A DNA stretch of 64,000 nt, from IMG/VR virus record IMGVR_UViG_3300044972_000601, positions 44,206 through 108,205 of that record; one strand, 5' to 3'. Origin of the DNA: a virus. The translations under genes and the position numbers were made by a program. The notes beneath the pieces are model-generated. The model searched no databases and was not told the DNA's origin. It saw only the letters and a program-made list of their open reading frames with translations. Positions 48,474-58,730 of the stretch are shown here, piece after piece. Position 1 is the stretch's first letter, and each line of letters starts with the position of its first letter.

Positions 48474-48578
48474 TTTATTTTCTCCTTAAGAAAAGTGGCG
48501 TTTTAGGCCATACGCGGTTGGATTTCCGCATAAAATTCACCCTATGTGAATCATACAAAGTATTTATCACATCGTGAG

Positions 48579-48600
48579 AAAGGGCACCTAAGTGCCCTTT
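48579..48600 (-). terminator. Hairpin terminator after major capsid gene
   Basis: AAAGGGCAC-TTAG-GTGCCCTTT. Confidence 0.65.
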
Positions 48601-48628
48601 GTAGTTTACAATACCTTTCGGTAATTGA

Positions 48629-49804
48629 TTAACTGAACTTAACGTTACCAGCAGTAATAGCAACACGACCTAAGTAGTCAGCTGCGTTACCTAGAGAAGA
48701 CGCTGTGTTTGACAACTCAACATAACCATAACGTGTCATGAATGATACGACTGGTTCGAATGTTGATGGGTCAAGAACAACACCACTGCTCATCAATGGA
48801 ATGTATGGGCAATAGAATGCTGGTGCATCAGACTCGCTAGCACCTTTGTAACCGATAAGAATATCAGTTGAATCATTTGCATAGCTGTTAACATAAACTT
48901 TCATTGCACTGTTCAATGTACCAACAAACTTGGTGTTTGTAGGTGCTTCGAATGTACCTTCTGTAGTACGAGCAAACGCACTAGTTGTAGCACTTTGTAG
49001 GATGGTCAATGCAAATGGGCTAACCACTGCATAGTTACCAGCACCACGACGTGTACGCTGAGCGATCAAGTTGCTAACACGATTGATCTGAACAGCTAAA
49101 GCAGCATGCTCGTCACCCACGAATGTAGCAGTACCAGAAACGGCAGCTTGGTCATAAGTCTGTGTAGCTGAACCAGCTAGTGACAACAACGAAGCAATGA
49201 TTTCTTGGTCGATTTCAGCAGTAATTTCTTGTGCCAAAGCAGCCATAATTTCTGCTTCAACGTCAATACCTTGTTGGGCTTGTGCGTCTTGAGCAGCTTC
49301 AAACGTCCAGCGAGCTGACAACTTACGTGTCTTAGCTTCAACTGTTTGTTTCAAGATTTGAATGCTTAAACGGTTACCAGCACGGCCTTCTAAGCTAGCA
49401 GTTGAAGCTGCTTTAGCTGAAGAACTGTTCTCGTTACCAGAATAAGATTCTGCAATCTTGAATGGGCTTAGTGCCTCTTCTCCAGCTACAATGCCAGCAC
49501 CTGAAGATGTATCGCTATAACGAACACGTAAAGTGTGGATTTGACCAACTGGGCCTGTCATTGGTTGTACACCAACTAACTCGTTAGCAATAACGGTTGG
49601 CATAACACGACGAATCACCGGTAAAATTACGCGGTTTAATGTTGAGACGTTGCCGGCAGAAGTGGCACCAGCTGTAGCAGATTCTTGCAAATACTTGCGA
49701 GTATTCTCAAGAGTCACGCCCATTACTGATTTTTTTGTGCCTTGTAAGCCTTCTAATAGGGCTTCTTTAGTTTCTGCCCAACGTCCATTTAGTAGTTCTG
49801 ACAT
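48629..49804 (-). CDS. gp23: Major capsid protein (T4 gp23-like)
   Basis: ELVGVQPMTGPVGQI, VEAKTRKLSARWT.E.AQD, EI..EID.EII, FYCPYIPL, TRYG motifs. Confidence 0.97.
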   Translation of the reverse strand: MSELLNGRWAETKEALLEGLQGTKKSVMGVTLENTRKYLQESATAGATSAGNVSTLNRVILPVIRRVMPTVIANELVGVQPMTGPVGQIHTLRVRYSDTSSGAGIVAGEEALSPFKIAESYSGNENSSSAKAASTASLEGRAGNRLSIQILKQTVEAKTRKLSARWTFEAAQDAQAQQGIDVEAEIMAALAQEITAEIDQEIIASLLSLAGSATQTYDQAAVSGTATFVGDEHAALAVQINRVSNLIAQRTRRGAGNYAVVSPFALTILQSATTSAFARTTEGTFEAPTNTKFVGTLNSAMKVYVNSYANDSTDILIGYKGASESDAPAFYCPYIPLMSSGVVLDPSTFEPVVSFMTRYGYVELSNTASSLGNAADYLGRVAITAGNVKFS

Positions 49805-49816
49805 TTAAATTTCTCC

Positions 49817-50911
49817 TTAAAATTTTAGTCCTGCGAGCTTGCGAATATCAACGATATTGCTATCTGTCTCGCTGCTACGGGTGGTGTTGGAAATCTTGTT
49901 TCCGGTTACTTCTTTAGCCTCTACTAGTGCCTGTTTCTTCTGCGGAGCCTGGCCAGCAATTACAGCTGGTAGGTACTTGTTAAAACTTTCTTGAAGCTTA
50001 ACAGTCTTTACATTCTCCATCAACTCATTCATAATGCCACGTTGTTCTGCGTTTAGCGGAGCAACTAGTTCACTAATGATTGCTTTTCTTTCTTGAGCTT
50101 CTTTCAAAGCACGTACTTCTGCTTGTTTACTTTCTAGGATTTGTTCAGCTTGAACAACTGCGTGAGCAGCTTCTTTGATAGCTAAATCTTTCAAGTCTAT
50201 GACTTTGAGTAATTTTGCAGTTTCCGATTTTTCATTTAGGTAGCTGGTCGAGTACTCTGCGGCAAAAGCCTCAAATAACTTACGACCAAAATCTGCACGT
50301 CGAGCAGCTTCGATGTCTTCTCTCAGCGATGTAAGCTCAGAACGTAAGTTCTGTGATACAACACCTTCAACCATCTTAGCGGCACGTTGAACAAATTGTT
50401 CTTTGACCTTCTTGATTTCTTGACGACCTTCACGGACTAAGCGTACTTTGGTTTCAGCCAACTCGCGTTTGTCTTTGAAGAATTCTGTGATTTCCTGGGC
50501 TAGAGCCTCAACTACGAATGATTCTAATGCACCAAACTTACTGGCCATTGCAACTTGATCTTCGTGTAGTTCAGAAACTTCAGAAGCCAACTGACGTGTT
50601 ACGAATTCTTTCATAACAGCAGTATCTTTCTTCATCTTCTGTGCATACTTGACTTTCATTTCTGAAAGTTGACGACGATCATCTGCAAACTCAACAAGCT
50701 CAGTAGATAATTGTTCAGAGATCATACGATCCACTGCATCAATCATTGTGTTCTTGTCATGCTCATACTTTTGTGCAAATTCTTCGCGTAATTGTACAGC
50801 AACCGCTTGACGAGCTTCATTAATACGCCCTTCAAATGCTGCCTCAATTGACTCTTTGATCTCCTCAGAAATCACATTGTTTTCAAATAAACTTTTTAGT
50901 GCATCCAACAT
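49817..50911 (-). CDS. gp22: Prohead core scaffold protein (T4 gp22-like)
   Basis: Coiled-coil E/K-rich protein between protease and MCP. Confidence 0.8.
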   Translation of the reverse strand: MLDALKSLFENNVISEEIKESIEAAFEGRINEARQAVAVQLREEFAQKYEHDKNTMIDAVDRMISEQLSTELVEFADDRRQLSEMKVKYAQKMKKDTAVMKEFVTRQLASEVSELHEDQVAMASKFGALESFVVEALAQEITEFFKDKRELAETKVRLVREGRQEIKKVKEQFVQRAAKMVEGVVSQNLRSELTSLREDIEAARRADFGRKLFEAFAAEYSTSYLNEKSETAKLLKVIDLKDLAIKEAAHAVVQAEQILESKQAEVRALKEAQERKAIISELVAPLNAEQRGIMNELMENVKTVKLQESFNKYLPAVIAGQAPQKKQALVEAKEVTGNKISNTTRSSETDSNIVDIRKLAGLKF

Positions 50912-50923
50912 GTGTTTCTCCTT

Positions 50924-51559
50924 TTATTGGAGTTTGCTTATTATGTTCAATAAGCTCTCTTTGAGATATTTCTGTGCTTTGGGGTTGCCCTTGACCTCTT
51001 CCGCTATGCGTAAGGCACTTAGTCCACCGCGACTATTCATCAGGTGTTCATAAATTGGTGTAGGGTATGCTCCCGGAGCACTAGGTTGAGCCACCATATC
51101 TACTGTGATGATCTCAAAATCTGATACTTCACCGGAACCGCTATCGCTAACGTTTCCGGATCCGCGACTTGACACGCCTAATTTTACGCCGCTTTCCAGC
51201 ATTGTGCGAATTAGTTGTCCCATAGGTGTTGGAAGTATTTTCAACTTCCCGTAACCGTTAGGGCCGTCCATCCACATGTTTGTTATCATGTGCGATACAC
51301 GGTCCAGGTTAATTTTTAGATCATCTGGATGATCCACTTCTCCGAGAACTGAATAACCGTTTTGAATCTGATCGTTAAGGGTCTTAACAGCCTTGCCAAT
51401 CTCATTAACAGGGTACACACGCTGATTTGCATTGCGGATGCCGCCTTGTATACAGATACCACTCATATACAAGGACTTCCCATCTTTGTCATCAGATTCA
51501 ACGATCATTTTTGCTTCGTTGAAACTGAGATTCTCTCGGAGGTATAACATATTTTTCAA
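50924..51559 (-). CDS. gp21: Prohead protease (T4 gp21-like)
   Basis: N.N.RVYP, LGEVDHP, INLDRVSH, GVSSRGSG, D.VAQPSAP.A. Confidence 0.95.
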   Translation of the reverse strand: MKNMLYLRENLSFNEAKMIVESDDKDGKSLYMSGICIQGGIRNANQRVYPVNEIGKAVKTLNDQIQNGYSVLGEVDHPDDLKINLDRVSHMITNMWMDGPNGYGKLKILPTPMGQLIRTMLESGVKLGVSSRGSGNVSDSGSGEVSDFEIITVDMVAQPSAPGAYPTPIYEHLMNSRGGLSALRIAEEVKGNPKAQKYLKESLLNIISKLQ

Positions 51560-51567
51560 TGTTTTAA

Positions 51568-52413
51568 TTATTTCTTAGCTTGACGTAACAAACTTTGTTT
51601 GTTATCTGCTGTTTCTCTTGAACCAGCTTTCTCTGCACCATGACCTGGTTCTTTCTTCTTGAACGCTGTCTTGCCTGCATTGGCACCTGGCTTGTTAACA
51701 TTACCAAAGTCTTCCACGCTAGTAGTTGGCTTTAGCAATCCGCCTTGTGTACCGCCTTTCTCTGTTGAGAAAGATTGAGCGATATTTTTGTTAGTGCCGC
51801 CCATGTCGTTTTTCATGTTGTCAATCAACGACTTAGTGTTAACACCGTTGTCACCGCCTTTAGGAACGCTGACTTTGTTTACATATTCAAACAATTGGCC
51901 TTCTAGTTCTTCTTCGTCGCCCATTGCGTCCATTCCGCCCATGTCGTCACCGCCCATTGCGTCCATTCCGCCCATGTCGTCACTGCCCATGTCGTCATCA
52001 CCGCCCATTAATTGTTCAAATTCTGCTTTTAATTCTTCTAACGCATCTTCTAAGTCAAGAATACGATCTGTTTGTTCTGCATCGTCCATATCAGAATCGC
52101 TGCCTTCTTCGTCGCCGAATGGGTTCTCTTCACCTTCTTCGTCATCACCTTCTTCGCTGTCGTCTTCTGCATCGTCAGCTGGTTCTTCGCTGTCGTCTTC
52201 TGCATCGTCGCCAAACATTTCGCCCATTGGCTCTTCACCAGCTTGGCCAGAAGTTGCATTTTCGTCTTCTGATGTAAAGTCTTCTGCTAATAGTTCTTCG
52301 TAAATTTCACGTGATTTAGAAACTACGATGTTGTGAAAAATTTCTTTTGCTGATTCTTGATCTTCGTTGATCAAAGCTTCAAGCATAGCTTCAAATTGTG
52401 CGCGGTCAGTCAT
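51568..52413 (-). CDS. Acidic prohead core protein (gp67-like role)
   Basis: D/E-rich low-complexity protein with DDAEDDSEE x2 and GGDDMGGMDAM repeats, between portal and protease; GTAAATA at 52452-52458. Confidence 0.6.
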   Translation of the reverse strand: MTDRAQFEAMLEALINEDQESAKEIFHNIVVSKSREIYEELLAEDFTSEDENATSGQAGEEPMGEMFGDDAEDDSEEPADDAEDDSEEGDDEEGEENPFGDEEGSDSDMDDAEQTDRILDLEDALEELKAEFEQLMGGDDDMGSDDMGGMDAMGGDDMGGMDAMGDEEELEGQLFEYVNKVSVPKGGDNGVNTKSLIDNMKNDMGGTNKNIAQSFSTEKGGTQGGLLKPTTSVEDFGNVNKPGANAGKTAFKKKEPGHGAEKAGSRETADNKQSLLRQAKK

Positions 52414-52520
52414 GTTTATTCTCCTGTGATTGATGATACAAGGCTGTATTATATTTACACTAATATTACAAAAGTGCAGGGATATAGGCTGAAAACAGTC
52501 AGTTTTTAACTATTTTTAAA

Positions 52521-52760
52521 TTATGCTGGTGGTGCTACGGGAGTAGCATACATGGAATGGATAAATTCTAGTTCATTTTCCTGTTCTAGTATATGTGCTT
52601 CGCTTGTTTTTCTTAGCTCATTGATCTGTCTTAATGTCAATCTAGTCTTACGTGTATCCGAACGATGCAAGACTGTGCTGTCACGCTCAGGGCTATAACG
52701 AAGATCGTTGGCCACATGGCGTTTTTCAGGATCAATATAAAACAATTCTCTAAGTATCAT
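52521..52760 (-). CDS. Small prohead-associated protein
   Basis: 79 aa MILRELF...RKTRLTL.QIN.LRK between portal and core genes. Confidence 0.55.
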   Translation of the reverse strand: MILRELFYIDPEKRHVANDLRYSPERDSTVLHRSDTRKTRLTLRQINELRKTSEAHILEQENELEFIHSMYATPVAPPA

Positions 52761-52767
52761 GATGTAT

Positions 52768-54507
52768 TTATGCTACAGGTGGTGTGCCAGCTTCTGCAGG
52801 ATTAGGCATTGCGCCTGGTTCACTGCCTGGCTCGCCCGGAACTGCCATATCTTCTGGAGGACTCATGTCACCGGCAAAGCCCATGTCACCTTCAATGCCA
52901 GCTGCACTGAGTCCTGCGCCACGCAATTCTCCGGCGGCATCTGTATTAGTTGGCTCACCTTTGCCGGACTCTTCACCCCACAAGCGTTCGTTTTCTGCAA
53001 TCTCGTCTTCGGTCAGTCCTAAGAAACGTTTTAATGCAAAACGTTTTGACATAAATGGTACTGCTTGAATAGTGTTAAATGTATTAATACGTTCAGTATC
53101 CATGGCCGCTTGACGACTACTTGCAAAGTTCATTGGAGGATTAAACTTCAATTCAAACAAGTTTGCGTCAATATTCATGCCACGTGAGTACATGTATTTC
53201 TTAAATTCGCTGTCAAATACTGCGGTAATAAGTGCTTGCAAACGTTCGCAATACTTGTTAAAGCGTAATTCTTGAATGTATGCAGTACCCACCCGCCCAT
53301 CGTTAAATGATGCTTGCGAGTCATCTGCACCAGTTGGCAAATAGCTACTTGGAATGCGTAGTCCACGGAATAACTTGTTGGTAAAGTACTTTAAGTCATC
53401 AATTTCACCTAGATTAGTACCGCCTGGCAATGTTTCAACTTTGCTTCCTCGGCCTTCTGCTGTTGTTGGAAAGAAATAATCTTCGTTAATGCTTAATGGA
53501 TTGTACGCACTATCAATAACGTTCTGACCACCGCCGCTTTGACTTGGAATTCTGCGTTGATGAATTTCATTTTTAACCCGTTCAACGAATGCCATGGCCA
53601 AGTGACTGGGCATATTACCCACGTCAATGTGAAACACACGGCGTTCTGGAGCACGTTGTATACGATAGATAAGAATAGCATCTTCCAACAATTCTTTTTG
53701 TTTGTAAACTTTAAAGATGTTTTCAAGTAAGCTATTGCCAAACGGATAATTGTTGTCTAATCCTTCTGACAAACTTAAATGTATAATATGTTCACCATCG
53801 ATAGCATGTTCGGTTTCACTTAGTCCAAAGCGACTGCCGCTGGCAGATGGGAAGCCGCTGGATCCTTTGGCACTGGCATTTTGTCCCATACCGCCGGCAA
53901 ACGAACTTGTTCCGCCGCCATTGTTCTTTGGATTGATGTTTGGTGTAATTTGTGTGGCAACTAAATTCATAAAGTTAGGTGCCATATCTTTAATAACATA
54001 TTGCTCAGGTTTTTTGCCTTCGCTTTCATTCACAATAATCTTTGTAATCTTTCCCGGATCAACGTAACTCCATTTTTGATTTTCAGGATCGCGAATAAAG
54101 AATACATCACCGTATTTGAACACATTGCGTACAATACGAAATATTTTTGTATCAAATTGTTGCAGTTTGTTCCACTGTGACATGTACTCGCCGAGTACTT
54201 GTATTTCTGTATTAGTAGCTTGATTTTTCCAAGCAACTGTAAATGGACTCTTGCCGTCTTTTAGTTTTTGTGTGCAGAATTCCGCCAAAATATCCAATGC
54301 GGCATTGACTTCTGGATCACTGTCCATAGTTTCATATTGTTGATAACGCTCAATGCGATTTGGACTGCCGGTGTAAACATCTGGCAGATAACTGCTGTAG
54401 TTAGTACTGGCAGGGCCTGGACGGCTACCAGAGTTCTTGCCGCTAATCGGACTAAGATTGCTGCCGTTTCCTTGATCTACAGGAGAAAAATATTTTTTCC
54501 AACTCAT
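52768..54507 (-). CDS. gp20: Portal protein (T4 gp20-like)
   Basis: LLEDAILIYRIQRAPERRVF.IDVGN.P, EDYFFP..EGRG..V.TLPGG.NLG.IDD..YF. Confidence 0.95.
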   Translation of the reverse strand: MSWKKYFSPVDQGNGSNLSPISGKNSGSRPGPASTNYSSYLPDVYTGSPNRIERYQQYETMDSDPEVNAALDILAEFCTQKLKDGKSPFTVAWKNQATNTEIQVLGEYMSQWNKLQQFDTKIFRIVRNVFKYGDVFFIRDPENQKWSYVDPGKITKIIVNESEGKKPEQYVIKDMAPNFMNLVATQITPNINPKNNGGGTSSFAGGMGQNASAKGSSGFPSASGSRFGLSETEHAIDGEHIIHLSLSEGLDNNYPFGNSLLENIFKVYKQKELLEDAILIYRIQRAPERRVFHIDVGNMPSHLAMAFVERVKNEIHQRRIPSQSGGGQNVIDSAYNPLSINEDYFFPTTAEGRGSKVETLPGGTNLGEIDDLKYFTNKLFRGLRIPSSYLPTGADDSQASFNDGRVGTAYIQELRFNKYCERLQALITAVFDSEFKKYMYSRGMNIDANLFELKFNPPMNFASSRQAAMDTERINTFNTIQAVPFMSKRFALKRFLGLTEDEIAENERLWGEESGKGEPTNTDAAGELRGAGLSAAGIEGDMGFAGDMSPPEDMAVPGEPGSEPGAMPNPAEAGTPPVA

Positions 54508-54520
54508 TATTCAGTTATCC

Positions 54521-57500
54521 TTAAGCAAATCTGTTGCCAGACAAACCACGTGTGGCTTTGATTTGAGCTCCAGCAAGGTCAACGCCGCTGGCACTATGTT
54601 CAACTAATTGCCGTATACTACTATTTAACTGAATTAACTGATCGTACAAATCTTTTGCAGTGGCTTCAGAATCATTGAGATTGATTGATTGTGGTTTTTC
54701 ATCTGGTTCTTCTGTTGCATACTCGTCCGGTGTTGGTTCAAACCCTTTCATTACATCAGTAATTGGTACTGATGTAGCTGATTTTTCAACAATATTTCCA
54801 CGTTGTATTCCAGATTCAAATGTAGTTTCTACACTAGTGCCAGCACCGATACGATTGGACAAATCGGATGTCATGGATTTCATACGTGCTTCCAATGCAA
54901 TAGCCTCTGGATTAACTTTTAATTCTTTAAGTACATCTCCTCGTTTTGTATCTGGACCCATGGATTCACTAATTTTATTACTGATTGCCACACGGTCTTT
55001 ATTATACTGGCTTGTCAACGCTTCTAATTGTGTCTGTGCAGACTTTGCATCTTCATTTTGTACAGATTTGCGTGTTGTAGAACCTCCTCCAGTTACTGAA
55101 CTTATAGTTGTTGATACGCTGTCAAATATCTTTTTAATGCCAACATCTGAAGTAAAGGCAGGAGCTGTTGCAAGTGCTGTTTTTTCTGCTTTCTTTTGAG
55201 CATCCGATTGACTCATTCCTTCGGACATGTATTTTTGTATTTCAGAAATGCTTACTGGTTTTGTTGTGGCAGGAGTTGGCATGTTGCTGGGTAACTTGCC
55301 TGATAAATTTCCAAGATCTATTCCAAATTTTGCCAATTGTTTATCAATTATTGAATCTGTTTTATTAGTACTAGTATCTGGAGTTAATGGTTTTGGGGTT
55401 GTTAATGTTACTGGTGGAATAGCTGATACTTTGACATCTGCTACTTTTACTTGTGGTATGCCAGGTACTTTGACATCTGCTACTTTTACTTGTGGTATGC
55501 CAGGTACTTTGACATCTGCTACTTTTACTTGTGGTATGCCAGGTACTTTGACATCTGCTACTTTTACTTGTGGAATAGCTGATACTTTGACATCTGCTAC
55601 TGCCACATTTACTGGTGGTATGCCAGGTACTTTGACATCTGCTACTTTTACTTGTGGAATATCTGGCACTGCTACGTTTATTGGCGGAACAGCTGGTACC
55701 GTTAATGATGTCTTGGATTCTGATTTTCCAGGTTCAGGGGATGTAACACCGTTAATTTCCTTTAAGGCTTTCAATGTGCCGGTGTATATAATATCTGAAG
55801 TTATCGATTCGGGCTTGCTTGCAGAACTAATATTGGTATTAACTGAATCAAACATCTTGGTAATATCAATGCCACCAGATTGGCCAGCACTTTTAGTTCC
55901 AGTCATGTTGGACAACATAGCACTGGCAGTATCACTTGCTGACATCATGCCCACTCCAGATATAAGATTTTTCATCTGTTCTGGAGTTAATACTGTTTCG
56001 CCTTTATGTAGCTTGGCAACTACATCGTTCATTTCAGCTGAGAATCCTGTCTCGCCCACTGTGCCAGTGCCGCGAGTCTCAACAGGTATTGCTTGTGGTG
56101 TTCCAGTAGGACTAATCTGCATTGTTGGGGCGGCAGGGGCATTGTTAGACGGAGTAGTAGGAGTTACCGTAACATTCGGAGATGTTATACTTACATTTGG
56201 CGTAGTTAATTTTAAATCTCCACTTGGAGTCATACCTGGACCACGGACATCTGTAGATGGACCATTGGGATTAAGTAATTTAACAATTTCATCAATGGGT
56301 TTTTGTATGTTTGCTTCTTTTTCTTTTACTGATTCGCTGTTTGGGCCGACTGGTAGTGTTAATACTTTTTTGATTCGGTCAATAACTTCAGCATTTTTCC
56401 CCAGTTGTTCATTTAATTTGGCCAGTGCTCCGGTTGCTGCCGCGGCATTTTTAGAATATGCTTCTGTTAATTCAGAAATAGTTTGAAATACTTTTGCACC
56501 GTCGGCAGTTTTTGGTGGATTTGCACCACTAAATTGTTGTTGTTGTCCCCGTGCGGCTGCACCGCCGGCATTTTCCTGTGCATTTTTTGCAGCCTGTTCT
56601 GGAGTAAATCCTCCCAACTGTCTATTTTTTTGTTCTATTCTAGCAGCTGGCCTGCCTTCCTCAATGGCTTTTTCCAATACGCTTCGATTAGTTCCTTCTT
56701 TCATGCTCTGGGCCAATCTATTTGCTTCTGGAGATTGCTGTCTAGCACGTATTTCTGCCTGAACTCTTCGAAGATTGTCTTCCGCGGCAATACGTTGTGG
56801 ATCGTCTACCTTAAGATTTTTAGTCCGTTGAATATCTTTGACTGCTGACGTAAGTTGGCCGCCCATGCCCATGGTACCAACACTCAGCATTGCTCTATCT
56901 TCTTTTGACAGTCTAGCACCTGAACTTAGTTTAGCAACTAACTTCTCCATCGATTCGCCTGACGGTGTACTGATAGTTTGAGCAGTTTTCATTGCTCTAC
57001 GTGCAGCATCATCTCCTAATGCAGCTTGCCGTATCTGAGATTCATTATTCTCATTCATAGCAATTGAATTTTCTATCAACTTGTCTCTGTTAATGCCGTA
57101 AGCAGATGATATTTGATTTATTAGTGTTGCTTGTTTAGCCATTTCTTTGACTAAGTTGTCTCTACCTTCCTGAGTATCTAATGCTTTATCTTGGCCTTGT
57201 GCTGCCATCATTGCTAGTCTTGGTACATCGGCAGCAGTTATAATATTTTTTTCAATAAGATTTCTAATAGTCTTATCTTTTCGTAACTCTTCTGAATAAT
57301 CGAGAAATTTCTGCGTGGCATCATTTGCACTATATCCTAGCCCTGCCAAACTTCCTCTAAAATTTCCAGCTTCATTTGTTACGCCTTTCAGCATGGCAGC
57401 ATTGTCTTCATAACCAGCTGCTTGAGCTCGAGCACGTTGGCGGACCGGATCGCCTTCGCCAATACCTACGTTAGTATTCTTTTGTGCTTCTTGCCTTAAT

Positions 57501-57841
57501 GAATCGATATGCCTAACAAAATTTCCAACACCTTTGCCAAATATATCAGCTGCATCTTGAAATGCTCTACTAGGAGCTTCAGAACTTCTGTAACCCAGTA
57601 TAGCAGCAGGTATTTGTTTTACTGCATCTGTGTTAATACCCACAGCTTTGGCCATTTCTTCAAGTTTAGTACTAAGATCCTTGAACGATTTTTCGAGATC
57701 TGCAAAACTACCAACAAACGCAGGGCCACCTTTAAGTGATGCACCTTTTGTTTTACCGTCTGGATCTTGCCCGCTGGAATTACCCGTTGGCCGCAAGATA
57801 TCGATCAGGTCTTGTAAGAGTTCTTCTGTAGATTTTGCCAT
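54521..57841 (-). CDS. Tape-measure/baseplate-hub-like protein
   Basis: 1106 aa; helical A/Q/E-rich N-half, LHKGETVLTPEQM.NL motif, L.QLNS.I.QL C-terminus; adjacent to hub genes. Confidence 0.55.
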   Translation of the reverse strand: MAKSTEELLQDLIDILRPTGNSSGQDPDGKTKGASLKGGPAFVGSFADLEKSFKDLSTKLEEMAKAVGINTDAVKQIPAAILGYRSSEAPSRAFQDAADIFGKGVGNFVRHIDSLRQEAQKNTNVGIGEGDPVRQRARAQAAGYEDNAAMLKGVTNEAGNFRGSLAGLGYSANDATQKFLDYSEELRKDKTIRNLIEKNIITAADVPRLAMMAAQGQDKALDTQEGRDNLVKEMAKQATLINQISSAYGINRDKLIENSIAMNENNESQIRQAALGDDAARRAMKTAQTISTPSGESMEKLVAKLSSGARLSKEDRAMLSVGTMGMGGQLTSAVKDIQRTKNLKVDDPQRIAAEDNLRRVQAEIRARQQSPEANRLAQSMKEGTNRSVLEKAIEEGRPAARIEQKNRQLGGFTPEQAAKNAQENAGGAAARGQQQQFSGANPPKTADGAKVFQTISELTEAYSKNAAAATGALAKLNEQLGKNAEVIDRIKKVLTLPVGPNSESVKEKEANIQKPIDEIVKLLNPNGPSTDVRGPGMTPSGDLKLTTPNVSITSPNVTVTPTTPSNNAPAAPTMQISPTGTPQAIPVETRGTGTVGETGFSAEMNDVVAKLHKGETVLTPEQMKNLISGVGMMSASDTASAMLSNMTGTKSAGQSGGIDITKMFDSVNTNISSASKPESITSDIIYTGTLKALKEINGVTSPEPGKSESKTSLTVPAVPPINVAVPDIPQVKVADVKVPGIPPVNVAVADVKVSAIPQVKVADVKVPGIPQVKVADVKVPGIPQVKVADVKVPGIPQVKVADVKVSAIPPVTLTTPKPLTPDTSTNKTDSIIDKQLAKFGIDLGNLSGKLPSNMPTPATTKPVSISEIQKYMSEGMSQSDAQKKAEKTALATAPAFTSDVGIKKIFDSVSTTISSVTGGGSTTRKSVQNEDAKSAQTQLEALTSQYNKDRVAISNKISESMGPDTKRGDVLKELKVNPEAIALEARMKSMTSDLSNRIGAGTSVETTFESGIQRGNIVEKSATSVPITDVMKGFEPTPDEYATEEPDEKPQSINLNDSEATAKDLYDQLIQLNSSIRQLVEHSASGVDLAGAQIKATRGLSGNRFA
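55427..55660. repeat. 39-bp coding tandem repeat (PQVKVADVKVPGI), about 6 units
   Basis: Unit tactttgacatctgctacttttacttgtggtatgccagg at 55427, 55466, 55505 (identical), variants at 55544, 55583, 55628. Confidence 0.95.
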
Positions 57842-57865
57842 AATTTTTTCCTGGAAATATGCGTA

Positions 57866-57891
57866 TATAAATACTACACATGATATTTATC
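57866..57891. promoter_or_regulatory. Crossed divergent late promoters (TATAAATA on + at 57866; GATAAATA on - at 57891)
   Basis: Both motifs lie in the 61-nt gap, each nearer the gene it does not serve, so the 5' leaders would abut or overlap. Confidence 0.65.
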
Positions 57892-57902
57892 TGGAGTTAA
57901 TA

Positions 57903-58730
57903 ATGGTACAAAATCCCTTACAGCAGTATTTTAGACAGCCAAAAATTTACATATCTCTTCCCAGTAACGGTGTATACAACTCCGTGGGTACTGTGGAAGG
58001 AGACTTAACCAACATGCCAATTTTTGGCATGACAGGTATGGATGAGATTATATTAAAAACTCCGGATGCCTTGATCAGCGGAGAAAGTGCTGTGAAAGTA
58101 ATTGAAAGTTGTTGCCCAAGCATCAAAGATGCTTGGGGATTGTCAGCACTTGATACTAATTTGTTATATGCAGCCATAAAAATTGCAACATACGGAAATA
58201 AAATTTCAGTTACACAGACTTGTCCGGTATGCAGTACTGAAAACGATTATGATTTGGATTTAAATGTAGTGGTGGAACATTATGCAAATTGTAAGTATGA
58301 TAATAAAATTACAATTGGCGAATTAGTTGTTAAAACGCAACCGTTAACATATCGAATGGCAACGGATCTCAGCATCAGAACATTTAAACTACAGCAACGT
58401 CTTGCACAAATTCAGCGATTAGAGTCTGAAGATGAACAAAATGAATTATTTAAAGGCTTGTTTGTTGAGTTGCGTAATGCACAAAACGAATTATATCTTG
58501 CCAGTGTTGAAAGTGTAGAAGCAAATAACACAGTTGTTGTTGAACGTGAGTTCATAGCTGAATGGTTGCATAACTGCGACAAGGAAATTTTTGATTTGCT
58601 CAAGGAACACATTGATAAGAATAGAAATGCATGGAATTTTCCAACATACCCGGTAAAATGTACAAATTGTGAAACTGAATCAAATGTTTATATTGAACTT
58701 GATCAAACAAATTTTTTCGACAACGCCTAA
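57903..58730 (+). CDS. Baseplate hub assembly protein (T4 gp26-like)
   Basis: Start at ATG 57903 after GGAG; NPLQQYFRQPK.YI.LPS, MT..DEI.LKTPD, CPVC, C..C and terminal NFF. Confidence 0.7.
   Translation: MVQNPLQQYFRQPKIYISLPSNGVYNSVGTVEGDLTNMPIFGMTGMDEIILKTPDALISGESAVKVIESCCPSIKDAWGLSALDTNLLYAAIKIATYGNKISVTQTCPVCSTENDYDLDLNVVVEHYANCKYDNKITIGELVVKTQPLTYRMATDLSIRTFKLQQRLAQIQRLESEDEQNELFKGLFVELRNAQNELYLASVESVEANNTVVVEREFIAEWLHNCDKEIFDLLKEHIDKNRNAWNFPTYPVKCTNCETESNVYIELDQTNFFDNA

Noticed and set aside
55427-55660. Regularly spaced repeats as a possible CRISPR array
   Set aside because: Head-to-tail units with no unique spacers, in frame within a CDS, no cas genes
55227-56486. 419-aa plus-strand ORF with TLTSATFTCGMPG repeats
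   Set aside because: Antisense shadow of the tape-measure-like gene; no RBS or promoter
57630-57902. N-terminal extension of the gp26-like ORF in the track
   Set aside because: Overlaps the opposite-strand gene; RBS and late promoter support ATG 57903
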